64,000 bases of DNA from Lingula anatina. Its lineage: Eukaryota > Animalia > Brachiopoda. Below, piece by piece: positions 37,752-50,968 of the stretch (position 1 is the first letter of the stretch; every line of letters begins with the position of its first letter). The position numbers and the translations under genes were made by a program. A model generated the notes under the pieces. It was not told the origin of the DNA. It was given only the letters and a program-made list of their open reading frames with translations, and did not search any database. The stretch spans positions 2,976,001 through 3,040,000 of the forward strand of contig CM120642.1 in assembly GCA_051362555.1 (NCBI GenBank). Direction: 5' to 3'.

Positions 37752-40700
37752 ATGCAAATCACTTTTGAAAGTTGTTACTGATTCAGTAATACATTAATTT
37801 AGTGTATATTGTATATGCTCAAATATTTTAATATCAATATAATTCTCTTTCTCCCTTGCACACAGACACACATACACAGCCACATGTTAACCGTGTGATT
37901 TTGTACTCCACCCCCAACCCCCTGAAAAAAAAATAGAAGAATGAAAGACAATTTTTCTAACTTATCAAACATGCTTTTGCAACAACTACTTTGAGATAGT
38001 TAAGTAAACATCACGGATGGGATGATCTTTGTTGATCCAAGATAGCAACAGGCATCTGATATCCAAAAAAGAGATCAGACCAGCTGCATGACAGTCTTAA
38101 ACATCATCCTGGTATGATTGTCTTGAATTATGCTTTGACAACATTGTAGTTAGTTGCAGTTACAGGCATTCGAAAGTGAGGGTTCTTTTCACAGTGAAAT
38201 CTGGATCAAAATTTGATTCAGCAAGGACTTTTTTTCAAAAAGGTGATTCATTTACCCCCCCCCCCCCCAATACCGCCATGATAGGTAATTTATCATTTTA
38301 AACTATGTAAGACTTTGAACATTGTCAGCCAGGAAGATATGAAGAACATCAACTTGGACATACGTCTCCGCCCAGAGATGTTGAAGCAGGATAATTTCTA
38401 ATCGTGTGAATGCAAGTATGACAATGTGTGCATGCACTGGCATAAACATTGCATATTGTATCAGTTTTCTCTTTGAAGAATTATTTACACAAGCAGTGAC
38501 TGCATCCATACCAAAGTTCCATATTCATGGCTTATCACTAAAGAGAAGATTGACAGGATTTCTTAAAAACTTTTATTTGAGGTTGTTTATTGCACTTGAA
38601 GCAAATTTCTGCTAAAACAAGAATACAAGAATATTAAATAAGCATTGTTGCTGGAGAAAGTTCATTGTTGGCCCAGACAGGCATGTAGTTGCATATATTC
38701 CAATACAGAAACTGAGATGTTTCAGTTGAGAAATCTGCAGTACAGCAGGAACTAATGCCTCAACTTAGCACAATCTCTCTATGGCAATGCGTCTCAACTA
38801 ACACATTCTTACCTGTAGATGTACTTGGATGTTATCTGCATTCTCTCACAAATCATCAGGGCTTAAATCTAGAACTGTCTGGTTTCCGTTCCAACAAAAA
38901 ATTGACTGTTGACTTAGTCTGGTGGTAATTTGGTTAAAATTCAGACCAATGACAATAAAATAGACCAAATCAGAGTTCAAGATTTCAGCTATTTGACCAC
39001 ATGTGAACATACTCTATTACACTGCATTTACCTAAATAATGCTTCATGTTGAAAATCTATCAATAAATAACCAGGAAATGAAATGATTTTACTAATGCAC
39101 TGTGTATCCAGACATAGGAAGAACTTCTTGAATGGAAGATGGACATGCAGACACAGTGGGAGACTTCCAACAGTCAGGGCAGGTTTCTACAGGACCAGAA
39201 AGAATGCTCTGGAACGGTTTGGTTTGAGATACTTTTCACTCTAAAAATATCCTTTAAGTCAGAGAAGAATTTCATCAGCTATGTTCTGTTATAAGAAATC
39301 AAAGGTGAAATATTGGAGGTAAACAATTTCAATATTTAGCAACTAATTGAAGAAAAATTATTTTATTCTTAATGCTTTAACTGCTATGCATCTGGCTATG
39401 TGAAATCTTCATTGTTCTTATCACAATAAATCCCTGGATAATCTGTGATGTGATTCACCAATCTGACGGGAATCAATGATGCCTATTTGGATGTAGCTGA
39501 GAAAAGTGTGAACATAGCCACAGACAGCATGGAATCATTTGAATGCTGCCTATACCCCTTTTACATGTTTACTCAAACTGCCATTTGCAAACCAAAGAAC
39601 TGTTTTACATGCATGGGTGTCAAAAATCTGTTCGTGAATCAAATTATTCCTTTTTTCATTGAATTTAATTGACCTAAGTAGTTTATTGACTGCTTGATAC
39701 AGAAAAAAAAATCAAAAAAAAATCAGATAATGAGACATTTTGTGTATAGGACACAAACCAGAAACACTTAAAAGTACAACTGACTGGATAGAAATTTTAC
39801 TTCAGGTTTTGTAGCATCTTACCAGGGGGACTTAAAAGACAGCATGAAATATCTAATATTATGTTATAGACTGTTTCAAAAGGGTCATCAGTAGGACAGG
39901 CCTCAATCTTTGAAAATTTTACATATAATCTACAGTACAATAGAAATAATGTCTTAAGCATTTTTCTATGCATACCTTCCTTCTCCAAGTTCCAGAAGTA
40001 CCCTCTTCCAAATTTTCCTAAGGAAGAAGGGGCCATTAAATAACCTTTCTACCCTAATAACACATACACACATAAGAAATATATTCAGATTTCTCCTCTT
40101 CATAAATAATTACACCAAATCCTCCTGTTCCTCAACCATTCATTTAGGTCATCAATTGTGTCATTTATTTCTACACTGTTTAAATGCGCGAGAAACAAAA
40201 TGAGAAGAGAAGCATTATTCTTAATCACTCATAATGTGAAAGGGATTCATAATAACAAAGCATCCATCTCAACCCTGTAACAAGTATTCAGACTTCTACA
40301 TGTAATACTGCACTGATCAAGGGAGAGAGATAAAAGCATTTTGTACTAAGTGCAGTTTTCACAAACAAAATATGAGAAAAATATACAACTACATAAAAAA
40401 AAAGAACAATAGATCATGCTTTTAGAAAAAAAACAGGTAATCTGGAAAATGGAATAGCTTAACCACAGTGAACAAGTAGGCTTAAACTGTCACTTAGACA
40501 TCAAAACAGCCTTAGGAAGAAGACAGATTTTGTTTGCAGTTTACTCCAAAATGAATAATAAGAGATAACTGTGTAGATTTCTCTACAAGTGCATTTCAAA
40601 GCAAGGCTGAAGAAGGGCAAAAAGTTGGCAAGTTTTAAGAGAGATAATAATATATAATAATAATAATTAATGTAAGTGGAATATTTTGAAACAACAGCTA

Positions 40701-42190
40701 TGAAAGAAATATCAAGCCTGAAAAATAGGCTAGCTCCTAAATTTTTAATTCCTAAATTAAATTTTTGAAATTTTCAACAACGAGTATGCCTGAATAGATG
40801 GTAAAAAACATTTCAATTTTTTAAAAATTAATCATGATAATGCAATCATCTAACTGATTTTGAATGTGTTCCATGTGCTGCAATTTCAGCATAACTAGTC
40901 AGACTAATTATATGGTAGCTATCACTGTTCATACATGTATTTCCTCAACATCATAAAAGTACCTTAACAAAAAGCATCAGACGGTGTTTGGGTTGAAAGA
41001 GAAAAGTAGGAACAAATGGCACGGTGCTCTGGGGGCAACTAAAAGGGGAAAGCCACTCAGAAAATAATCACATTTTGATTTAAAAATTGAAAAAAAAATC
41101 ATACCTGAAGATGAATATATGTATACATATTCATATACATACAGACTTTGCACTGTCAGCGTTAACCATTTCAATCTACTTCAGTCTATTCAAAAAGGAT
41201 CTAAAACCACACGGGAAATCTTAGCTAAAGATGTGCATAAAACTGCATTTACACATTTCTATTTTGGGTAAAACAAGATTGGCGATTGGCTCAAAAGCTT
41301 TCAACACAAACACTGCAAAGTGAAATTTGACTGCACACTGGCCATCGTGGAATAATTTGGTTCTTTATCCATAGATCAAGTTTGAAATAATTTCATATCA
41401 CAGTATACCTGCCTCATGTCATGGCATGTGAAAACATAAAAAAACTCTGCCTGCTTCAGCTGTATTTAGTAAACATAATTTTATAACACAAATAAAAAAC
41501 AAAGTTAAGACAGAGGCAATTTCAAGTAGACATTTAACTGGACCAATTTTTTTAGCCAAGCAAGAAAAGGCCACATGGAACTATGTCATGGCAAGCTTTG
41601 GCACCTTTTGGGGGTGATATTTAACACTAATCAACTAGGCACTCTATCACACAAAGTGAACAATCAATCTTTACAACCTGCATGCTGTAGGTGTTATAAC
41701 AAATTGCTATGAACTCGACAATGACAAGTGGAGTAATAATAAAAGGACATTAAAGAAATAAAATAATGTGCTATTTTGCCAGGTGATGTATTTGTGGTCT
41801 TTAAATATGTCCTCAATGTTAGCCTAAAACCAAAAGACATTCTGAGAACCAAATAGCCACTGTTACACCTGAGCAATGGAAGTGGATTGGAGCACTTTAT
41901 CTGGAACCACCAGTATAAGGGCACATGTTTAATTACCCTTTCAGTGATCAGTGCATTGGAAACACATTTAGAACCAAGCAGAACTCAGCACGAACTGCCC
42001 GTAAATGTTACCAGTGGAACAGAACAAAAACAGGCAATCAAGGAAAGAGCAAATATTTGACAAGGGATGGATCTGTCCTACTTTCATTACTGCTTTTTAT
42101 AATGGTAAGTGGGAAGGTGGGTATGTTTCATCATCAAATATTTAAAGCATCAAGAAAATTATCCATATTTTACCTTATAAATCCACCAAA

Positions 42191-42385
42191 ACAGGTTGCA
42201 GGCCAATGGGAAGGGTTTGGAGAGAGGGGGGGAGGTGAGTTTTCAAACAAACTGCCCCTTTGGCCAAAAAAGGGTCCACTTTGAATCACAATTTGATCTT
42301 AGGTACATGCAGGTTTCTTGGTGAAAAGATCACTATTTTAGAAATTACGCCCTCCCTCCTTTGAAATAGCCAGCTACAGTCCTGC
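42191..42385. mobile_element. Degenerate hAT-like MITE (related remnants near 37133-37330 and 45579-45790)
   Basis: CAGG…gctacagtcctg ends, G-runs and a shared aaaaggtccactttt-like motif recurring in both orientations. Confidence 0.35.
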
Positions 42386-43976
42386 TAGTTACCTTCAAGG
42401 TATTTCCCCCCTAATTTTCTCCACACATTTATCAATCAAGGATTTAATTATTAAACAGGTCTTTGTCAACCACCACAAATAAATCAAATATTTGGCAGAA
42501 AAGGGTGGATCTAATGAAAAAATATTATTTTTCAAATATTACGTTATAGTATGTATGGTTATTGAAAGAATATAGAGAAAAACAAGAATCCACATTTGAA
42601 ATGCTATAAATTATAGATAGGATATACACTATATAGTCTGCAGTGAAAGGTGGTAAGGCTCTGCATTTTTATAAAAAATTATATGGAGTAGAACAAGTAC
42701 TTCATTGCTATTCCACCAGTGTTCTGTTCATTAGAGGCACAGAACAGGTATCATACATACAGCACCTGATTACATGCCTTTCTGCATTTGAGAAATCTGT
42801 TTTTCAACCAGTTTTAAGGCATATTTCGCACATTTAGACTCTGTATTCTCTTTAAATGATAAAGTGGCATACATGGCTAAATTATAAATTAAATCAAATT
42901 TGGACCAGAGCTATGTTGAGAGAGTGATGAAGACGGAAACACGTTTTACAATTTAAGTGCTTAGATTCCTCTCAGAACTAAGTGCATTAGTGCATGCAGC
43001 TCGCACTGTGGATCACTAAAGACGACCTTTCAGGCCAGGCGGTTGACCAGGGCTATGACCAATGGTATTTCACAGAGATCATTAAGGCTATGAATACCAA
43101 AGTAGTTGACCGCTACACAATGTTGGCATTACTACCCAGCAGTTTCCTTCAACACAGAGAAATCAAACAAGAGCCAGAAAGTATGAATATTGGATCTCTG
43201 GTTCCGCTTTGTAACTTGATTAAATGCTGTTGATTAAGCCTTTTGGGATTATACAAGAAATACATACACTGGCTGTTAGAAGTGATATGCATAGATGTGT
43301 GTAGGGACATACTCGTACATTGTACAAGTTTATGTCTAAGGGTACAGGAGAACTCTGGATTGGGAGACGGAGGCAGCACTTTAATCATTAAATGCTTATC
43401 GATTGCAATGGTCAATTTAATCTGGTCCTTTGGATTTCTGAATTCACTTGAATTCTTTCAAAGATGCAAGTAGTTTGCAACATAGAACAAGAGGTAAGTC
43501 TAAATAATATTTGTACGGATAAAAAAGACATGCAATGAAAAAAGCAGTGAAAAATGCAGTGGTGAAAAATGTTACATAATGCAGCTTTTTAAAGGTATCA
43601 GTATATGCCATATTTTAAAGACAACATTTACCTTTACTTTGCAGGTTACATCAAATTCATTAATTGCATATTTGCTTTTCAAAGTTCAGCAACATTTCAA
43701 GAATGACTGAACATGATAACCTTTGAAAAATTAACCTGAATAGCTATATTTGTAAAATGGATTCTTGCCTAATTATACTTGGGAATGTTTAGCAACGCAA
43801 CTTTTTTTTTTTTGCATAAATGGGAGATGTACGAAATGTTTAACTTCTATCATGTGTTTTTGAAATGTTTTAAATTCTATTTGGAAATCTGCTGAAGTTA
43901 TCAAATCATAAATGAAAAACCACACCTACTGTACACCTCAAATGTGAAATGGAAATAAATAAAGCAAATACAATAT

Positions 43977-44176
43977 GGTCGCATTCAGAACAAAATGATC
44001 CGCAGACTAACAGATCTACAGATCAAATATGGCTGTACACTTGAAAGCTTGTCGCATGATCCCCTGATAGACTCAGAGTACTGTAGATTCTCAGAGAGGA
44101 TTACATCAAGTGGGTTGGCCATATTTGATCCACCCATCTGTTAGTCTGCGGAACAACTTTGATTGTGAATGTCGCC
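43977..44176. mobile_element. PIF/Harbinger-like MITE, family A copy 1
   Basis: Long imperfect IR (tccgcagactaacagat…gatcaaatatggc / gccatatttgatc…atctgttagtctgcgga); ends GGTCGCATTC…GAATGTCGCC; flanks TAT/TAA. Confidence 0.75.
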
Positions 44177-44559
44177 TAAAAGCTTAAAAAGTTGATAAAA
44201 ACCCAAGTAAAAAATAATAGCCTGGACAGGATATCATTTTCATCATGACACAATGAAACTTGTTCACACCATTCTTAGTTAGTACCAAAGATACAAAGCT
44301 TCCCGAATATCTTTGAGTCAAGGGTTTACAGTCATACATGTATATTCTGTACTAGTATCTAATCTATATTACCCTTGCTTGTATAGAGCCTTGCATGTAA
44401 CTGTACCTAAACATTGACAGGGAGATTGACAACTTAAGCTAATAACCCAGCTATTACTTAAGAGTTACCTAAAAGGACCAGCTAATCGGATTTCATTTTG
44501 ATTGGTCCAAACAGTTGGAATCGAATATTAGGCCAGTAAACAGGTATACTTTCCCCATT

Positions 44560-44830
44560 GTGATATATTTGAAAATAAAAGTGGTGGCAAAGGTTTCTCA
44601 ACTGATTCAATAAAGCAAAAAATGTTCCCATAAATCCCCTTATGGCCAAGTCTCTTTTTCAGCAAAAAATCCAAAATGGCCACCATTGAATAGAGTGGGT
44701 CACCTTAATTTGCTTATATCTTCCTTAACCACGGTCACAGAAACATATTCTAAGTATCAACCCCTAGTAATTGAGGTACTGCAAATCATTTGCAACTTCT
44801 TTCAAGGTCACCAGAGGTCAAGGTCATATG
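44560..44830. mobile_element. Interspersed repeat remnant
   Basis: aaaatccaaaatggccacc and tcaaggtcaccagaggtcaaggtca motifs typical of invertebrate Helentron-derived repeats. Confidence 0.3.
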
Positions 44831-46207
44831 TGAAAGGGCAAAAAGAACAATAGTGCAAAAGCATACCTGTAACGCAATGTATAAAGGATCTCAACTTGGG
44901 CCATGCAAACCATCATAAATAGTGCTTGGTCATGTAGCATGATATTCCATAGCCTAACCAATCAGAGCAATGTTTTCATCAACATATTTGAATAGCAGCT
45001 CTCAACTGGCTTCAATAAGCATGACCATCAGACCGATTTAGATCTTCCCATCTGAGTAAAATGTGAACACAGCCAAACAGAAACCAATGAAAACTTCATC
45101 TCTCTTTGCAATAGACACATTACATAAGGAAGATAATTTCTGAGAATCCATTAATTCAGATCCAAAAAGAAAACGTATACAGAATCAATGTACCAAAAGT
45201 ACAAACATGAAAAGGGAAGTGCAACGATATGTCTTAAGAAGTGATGGATTATCAATATATCTAACTTATTGGAATTTCTCAGAATCTGTATTTATGGCAA
45301 TATCTCTTCTTATTCAAAACAATTGGCCCAGGTATTCAAAAGGACTTAAGTTTATGGTACAAAATGGAATACAATCAGTCATTGTCATATCACAGTGTGG
45401 TTCTGTAGACATACTTACTGTAAGTGTGCTTTAAGTAAAAAAGCCTGTAGAAAATAGGAGAAAACCTAGATTATTAGTTGGCCTTCAATATTAACAGGAT
45501 TTCTGTTGTAAACTGAAAGCTAGAGCCAGCATTGTGTGGACTGAGTATCCCTGTACCGCTAACCATTTGATAATAATACAGGCTTGTGCCAGAAATTTTA
45601 AAGTGGGGGGAAGGGGGGTCTTCCTCTGAAAAAGTGGACATTTTAACCCCTCCTGTCGACCAAACTTGATAAATGACAGAGAACAACAGAACAGAATAAA
45701 ACAGAATTGGAGTTTTTCCAAAAGGTGGTTCTCTCACCTCCCCTACCCTCAGCAAAAAAAGTGGGTGGGGGGGGGGGGGGGGCAGAAATATAAGCTGCTG
45801 ACGTCTTTTAACTAAACTTGTCAGTATAAAACTGTCATCTAAAAATTTGGGCCAATCAATTACCTTGTATGCCAGCAATTCACAGGTGGTTGTGATTAAA
45901 TCATCAATAATTCAAACAGTAATGAACTATATACCTAAGGTTATGGTACACACAGGCTGCACTATAATGAAAGCTGTCAGCCAATCAGTGGGGACATGCG
46001 GGCCAGAATTGAGGCATGTTACTTGTGCATTGCCATGAAAGCTACCTTGTAGCATATATTCCAACTATTTCAGGGTTGGACTTAGAACTCCCAAAGGGAT
46101 AAAAAGGTTTGGGGGTGAAGGGAATAGAATATGGGATGAAAAGCAAAACCTCGATCTGCCAGTCCTTTTGTCAGATCTGCATTGCTTGCCTAAGAAAGGA
46201 CAGTATA

Positions 46208-46375
46208 CAGGGGCGGATCCAGAGATATTTTCTGACAGGCTTCCAAATTATCTTTGTTGATCCAGCCTCTATTTTTGACCGTCTTCCGACAGAAAAAATT
46301 AGATATCTGTCAATGTAAACTTGAAAATCTGACCATCTTCCAGAAGACCCAGAAGACAACCTAAATCCGCCCTTG
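46208..46375. mobile_element. hAT-like MITE
   Basis: Terminal IR caggggcggatccag … ctaaatccgcccttg. Confidence 0.65.
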
Positions 46376-48879
46376 GCTATATGCACTCACCCCACCCTAC
46401 CCCATCCCACCCACCTACCCACCCCTTATTAATACACAGGTATTAGGAGCAGGCAGGCACTCACAACATCACTAATGGGCATGCTTAGAAAGGCTTACAT
46501 TTTTTGTGTTCGAGATATTGTCCACATCCTTGAGAGGTAAAAAAATCATTAAATACCATGTTGTGAAAAGAAACACCAGAAAGCACAAAGAATGCCCCAT
46601 ATTACAAAATTAACAACCTGACTAATTTACTTTTAGCTTTAAAAAGCCATTACATGTAGCTGACAAGAGAACATCTATAAAACTAATGGTTATTCTATTG
46701 TCACCAAGAAGGCAGAACATGGGAAAGTACAACCTGTGTGCTGCTGTCTCTTATGCCTCAATGGGGCCTGGGTTGGTTTCAGTCTTTTCTGTCTGTGTAT
46801 TTCTCATGTCCATCATCAATGATGTATGGAAGGAGCCTAACTTTCCAACACCAGTTCACTTTTGTGGATGGTAATGACGTGATGTCATGACGCAAATGAA
46901 AGTGAAGTTGCTAGCTAACCTGTTCATCCTACACAATGGGCTTGTTCATTAATGAAGCTTTGAAAACCATTCCATACATAAAAACTTGTTGAGCAGTAAT
47001 GTCAATCTTGGACATACCAAGTCTTTTAAAATAAACATATTGATCCCAATAAGAGCTTTTGACTCCAAGAGCCCTTTGTACTATGTAACAAGAGCAAAAT
47101 GAGCTTAAAATCTAAGAAAATAAAGGAACAATTCCAAAATCAATTTTCACAATAACCCACTTGCAGTTCCACCCACTGGTTGACCACATGCAATTTATAC
47201 ACATTGACAATGCCTGAAATTGTTTATTTTGTCCAAATACTTTGAGTAAAATTGAAATTATTTTTATTATAATATCAATGATAATCATTAAGAATTAACG
47301 CTGAGTTTGCTGAATATCTTAAATACCCCAAAATCCAGGCTAAGTTCATATCACTTATATCAGAAGGCAATGTCATTTAAGGAAGCATCATACGTTCATT
47401 GTGTGTGGGTGGGACTGAACAGGTGTAAATGAACAGAGAACAAAATCATGGCCTCAGTACTTGAAAATGTGATGTCACAGGATCACACCACCACACATAC
47501 TATGAAACAGAACTGGTTTACTAAGACTCTGTTTGCATCAGATTACTTTAATACAGTTTTGAACTAAATTCAAACTGACTTCTTGCATTTATACATCAAA
47601 GCCACTCCTCTACTGACCATACAAAAAAAAATTGAATTAACTACTGATCCTTCAGAAACATGCTTCAGTTCCACCAAACTGATTAGCATCAACATAAATA
47701 AAATCCAGTCTTTGTACAATGACTACTTTCAACGAACTCAGGATCAATTTGGAACCGATCCAAATGAGCCTTGTGTGAACGGATCCCCAGTCTGTTAGCT
47801 TCCCCAGACTTGTCATATATTGATCATAAAGAAAGCCCAAAGGATAAATCTCAGCACCGTCATTTAGGAGAACCAAATCCATCAAAACACAGGGTTAATA
47901 TGGGCAGAGTAGAAATGTGTAGGTAGGTGATGTCTATTATTGATAATTATGGCCATTCTTCAGCAAAAACAATGGCAATGATATGGAGGTTAAACTGGAT
48001 CTTATTTCCTCGCCAACAGTGATTAACTGTCATCAGAATATTTAATTTCCAGTGATATCCGACTTATTAACTATAGCTGGTGGAAAGATCTTTACTCGAT
48101 TAACAGCTACTATAGGGCTAATGCAAATTAATTCAGTAACTTCTAAAGTAGGATATCAAGTTCCTGGTAAAACTTTGCATATTAGAATAAGTCACACTCA
48201 GAATTTACTGTAACCAAAGTTGGTTGTGATCAGTGGAAACATTCTTGCTTTACCCCATGCTGTTATCTCTGTATGAAGTATACATTCAGTAGAAAGGTGG
48301 GTACGGTTTCAGAGTTTGCCGAGTGTCTGCAAGTTCTGGTTGGCATCATTTAATTTTTAGAATCAAAAAGAGACAATGGTAAAAGAAGTTTGATCAATAT
48401 AGTTGACTATGAACAGGCAAGCATTGCCATTGTCATCTAGTTGATGTTACTGGTTTCAAATGTGGTAAAATATCAATTTTAATACATTGCTTCCAAAAGC
48501 ATGTTAACATACCAATGGAAATCATTTATGAGAACCCAAAGTCTGGAGACTTAAGATTTTATCCACATTTATTTTTCTGGTTGTTTTCTCTTAAGTTCTG
48601 TCAAATTAAAATCTATTGCACTACAGTACCAATTCACAATTTTTTGTGTGTCACTTTGTAACAAAGTGATAAATTTGATTAATTTTTGCCACATTAATAC
48701 ATGACATTTATCTGTCAAAAAATGATTGGGTTGAAAATCTTATGCGGTGTCCTTTAAAATTTTGTCAAATACAGCACAAACTCTCCATGTTTTGCATGTC
48801 ACTTTAGTATTGCTCTTTAGGATGACATTCCTAGCACACGGAGCCTCAAGCCTATTGCTGATTCTATCACGTGTTATAA

Positions 48880-48941
48880 TCCTCATTAAGAACAGTGGAC
48901 TAACTAGTCCACGTGTCAAATATGGCCAACCCACTCAGAAT
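48880..48941 (+). mobile_element. Left-arm fragment of MITE family A
   Basis: aacagtggactaactagtccacgtgtcaaatatggccaacccact matches the 56277 copy. Confidence 0.55.
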
Positions 48942-50890
48942 AACATTGGCAGAATAACAAAATAGTATGATAAACAGGTCAGTAGCCAGCAGCAGTAATT
49001 TCAAAGGGTGATTTTTTTCTGAAAAGGTGGACATTCTTAGTTTAGTTGACCGAACCTGAGAAATAAAATGGAACCTAGAACAAATTTCTATTCAGAGTGG
49101 ACCTTTTCATGACTGAAAGGGCACTTCATTTGAACCTTAGGCTTTAGGCATAAATGCCCCAGGTCATGGGAGTCCCCAATGTATTTCAGTATGTAAGAAT
49201 AGAACTAAACGCCCAATTAATTGCTCCAATGGGGATGGGGAGTTGTAATGTCTGTTTGGGACCTTACATGAACGGCATGGATATAGAACTTTCCTCACAA
49301 GAGGTCATTTAAGGTGATAAAAATCAAGCCAAAAATGATTTTATATAATTAGCGGCTTTATAATTGTCACATTATATTCATAGACTTTATTAGTCTTCAG
49401 ATAAAAGTACGATCATTTTGCTGATAATGTCATATCAGCAATATTGGGGTGAAAATTATTTATGTTTTCTTCATTTTCTCTTTTACTGGGAAACACATCA
49501 GAAAAATTCCAATAGCTGATAGGGGTTGTGCACAAGTACTTCAATGGGGTGTGACAGATTTTCTTAAAATCACTCTGTTTAGATTTTATCACTAATAATG
49601 TTAATTTACACCAATTGTCATTGGACCTCTGTAAAAATGACTGTATGACATGGGTTTAAAAAGATATTATCAAAAAATGTCAATATTGTTCTTTATGCCT
49701 TAAATTTGTCAAAAACCACACCAATCTTGGTGATGATATCTGCAACAGTTATAAACTTTCCTCTAAACCAATTGCCACCTACACCCAATATAATAATCAT
49801 ATGCTTCTAGGCACTTCAACAGGTAAAAATGACACCTGAAGACAATGCCAGCTCTACCTGTTATCTATATTTTGATCAGCACAATACATTATCAGTAATA
49901 AAAAATAACAATAATATTGCCTAAAAAGGGAGAGATCTAGGATTTTGTGTAATATTCTGCACTTCAAAGCAAACTACCCTACATATCAGAGTGTGTGTCA
50001 TTAGACCAACAAAAGAATTAGGGTTGTAAAAATTAATGATACTTTTAATTATTGATGACAGAAAAGTTTCCAAAAGACTCCCATACTCAGGGTGTGGTAG
50101 TCTAGCTTTGTTGTGTTATTGTGCACTTGGGAGAGATAAGGTATACTGTTAATTAAACCCAAGAAACACAATAAACAAGAATCGTGATGTTATCAAAAAA
50201 GTATTTTCTTTATGAGATCCTCAGATTAACATATATTACCCAGTGGCATTCCAAACAAAGAATTTTCATGATATTCCAAAGATCGATTTTTGCCATTCTC
50301 ATAATTAAGCCAAGACTTCTGAAGTTAATCAAGACATAAATCAAGTTGATCTTTATTGACCACAGGGTGATGAATGAGCTGCAATGCCAAATCCCTACCC
50401 CAATCTCTTATCTTGCCGCAATGTCTGAATGATCTGTACATCTTGAAGAACCTTATCGTGAAAATTTAAAAAATTAAAAAACAAAACAAAAAAAAAAAAA
50501 AACAAAAAAAACCACTGAAACACTATTGGCAGTTGTTAGTTCAGGATATGTCTCTTTAAAAACATCAAAATTAAACTTACTTATTTAAAAGAATCAAAAC
50601 TGGTGCTCACCACTCAAATTCGTGAGAGCTTTTGACCATTATCCAAGATACCCTTCAAGTTGTTTCCTTGGGAATATGGTGTTGATGATGTAACAGCAGG
50701 AACTGAGATCTTCTGCTTCCTGATTATCTCTACATATTGGATTTGTAATTATGTTATCCTCATTATACTATGTACTTTTAGATCAGAATAATTATCAAAA
50801 TTAATGTTTCTAAAATGTCAACAAGAACCTTTAGCAGCATGGCAATACTGTCCAGTTCTTAATATAAATGATAATCAAAAAGATTTGTCA

Positions 50891-50968
50891 CTGGAGTAAA
50901 CAACATATATTAGTTTTGTTTAGATTTAGATCATTGGAGTAAATCACATATATTAGTTTTGTTTAGAT
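50891..50968 (+). repeat. ~43-bp tandem duplication
   Basis: tggagtaaa..acatatattagttttgtttagat x2. Confidence 0.8.
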
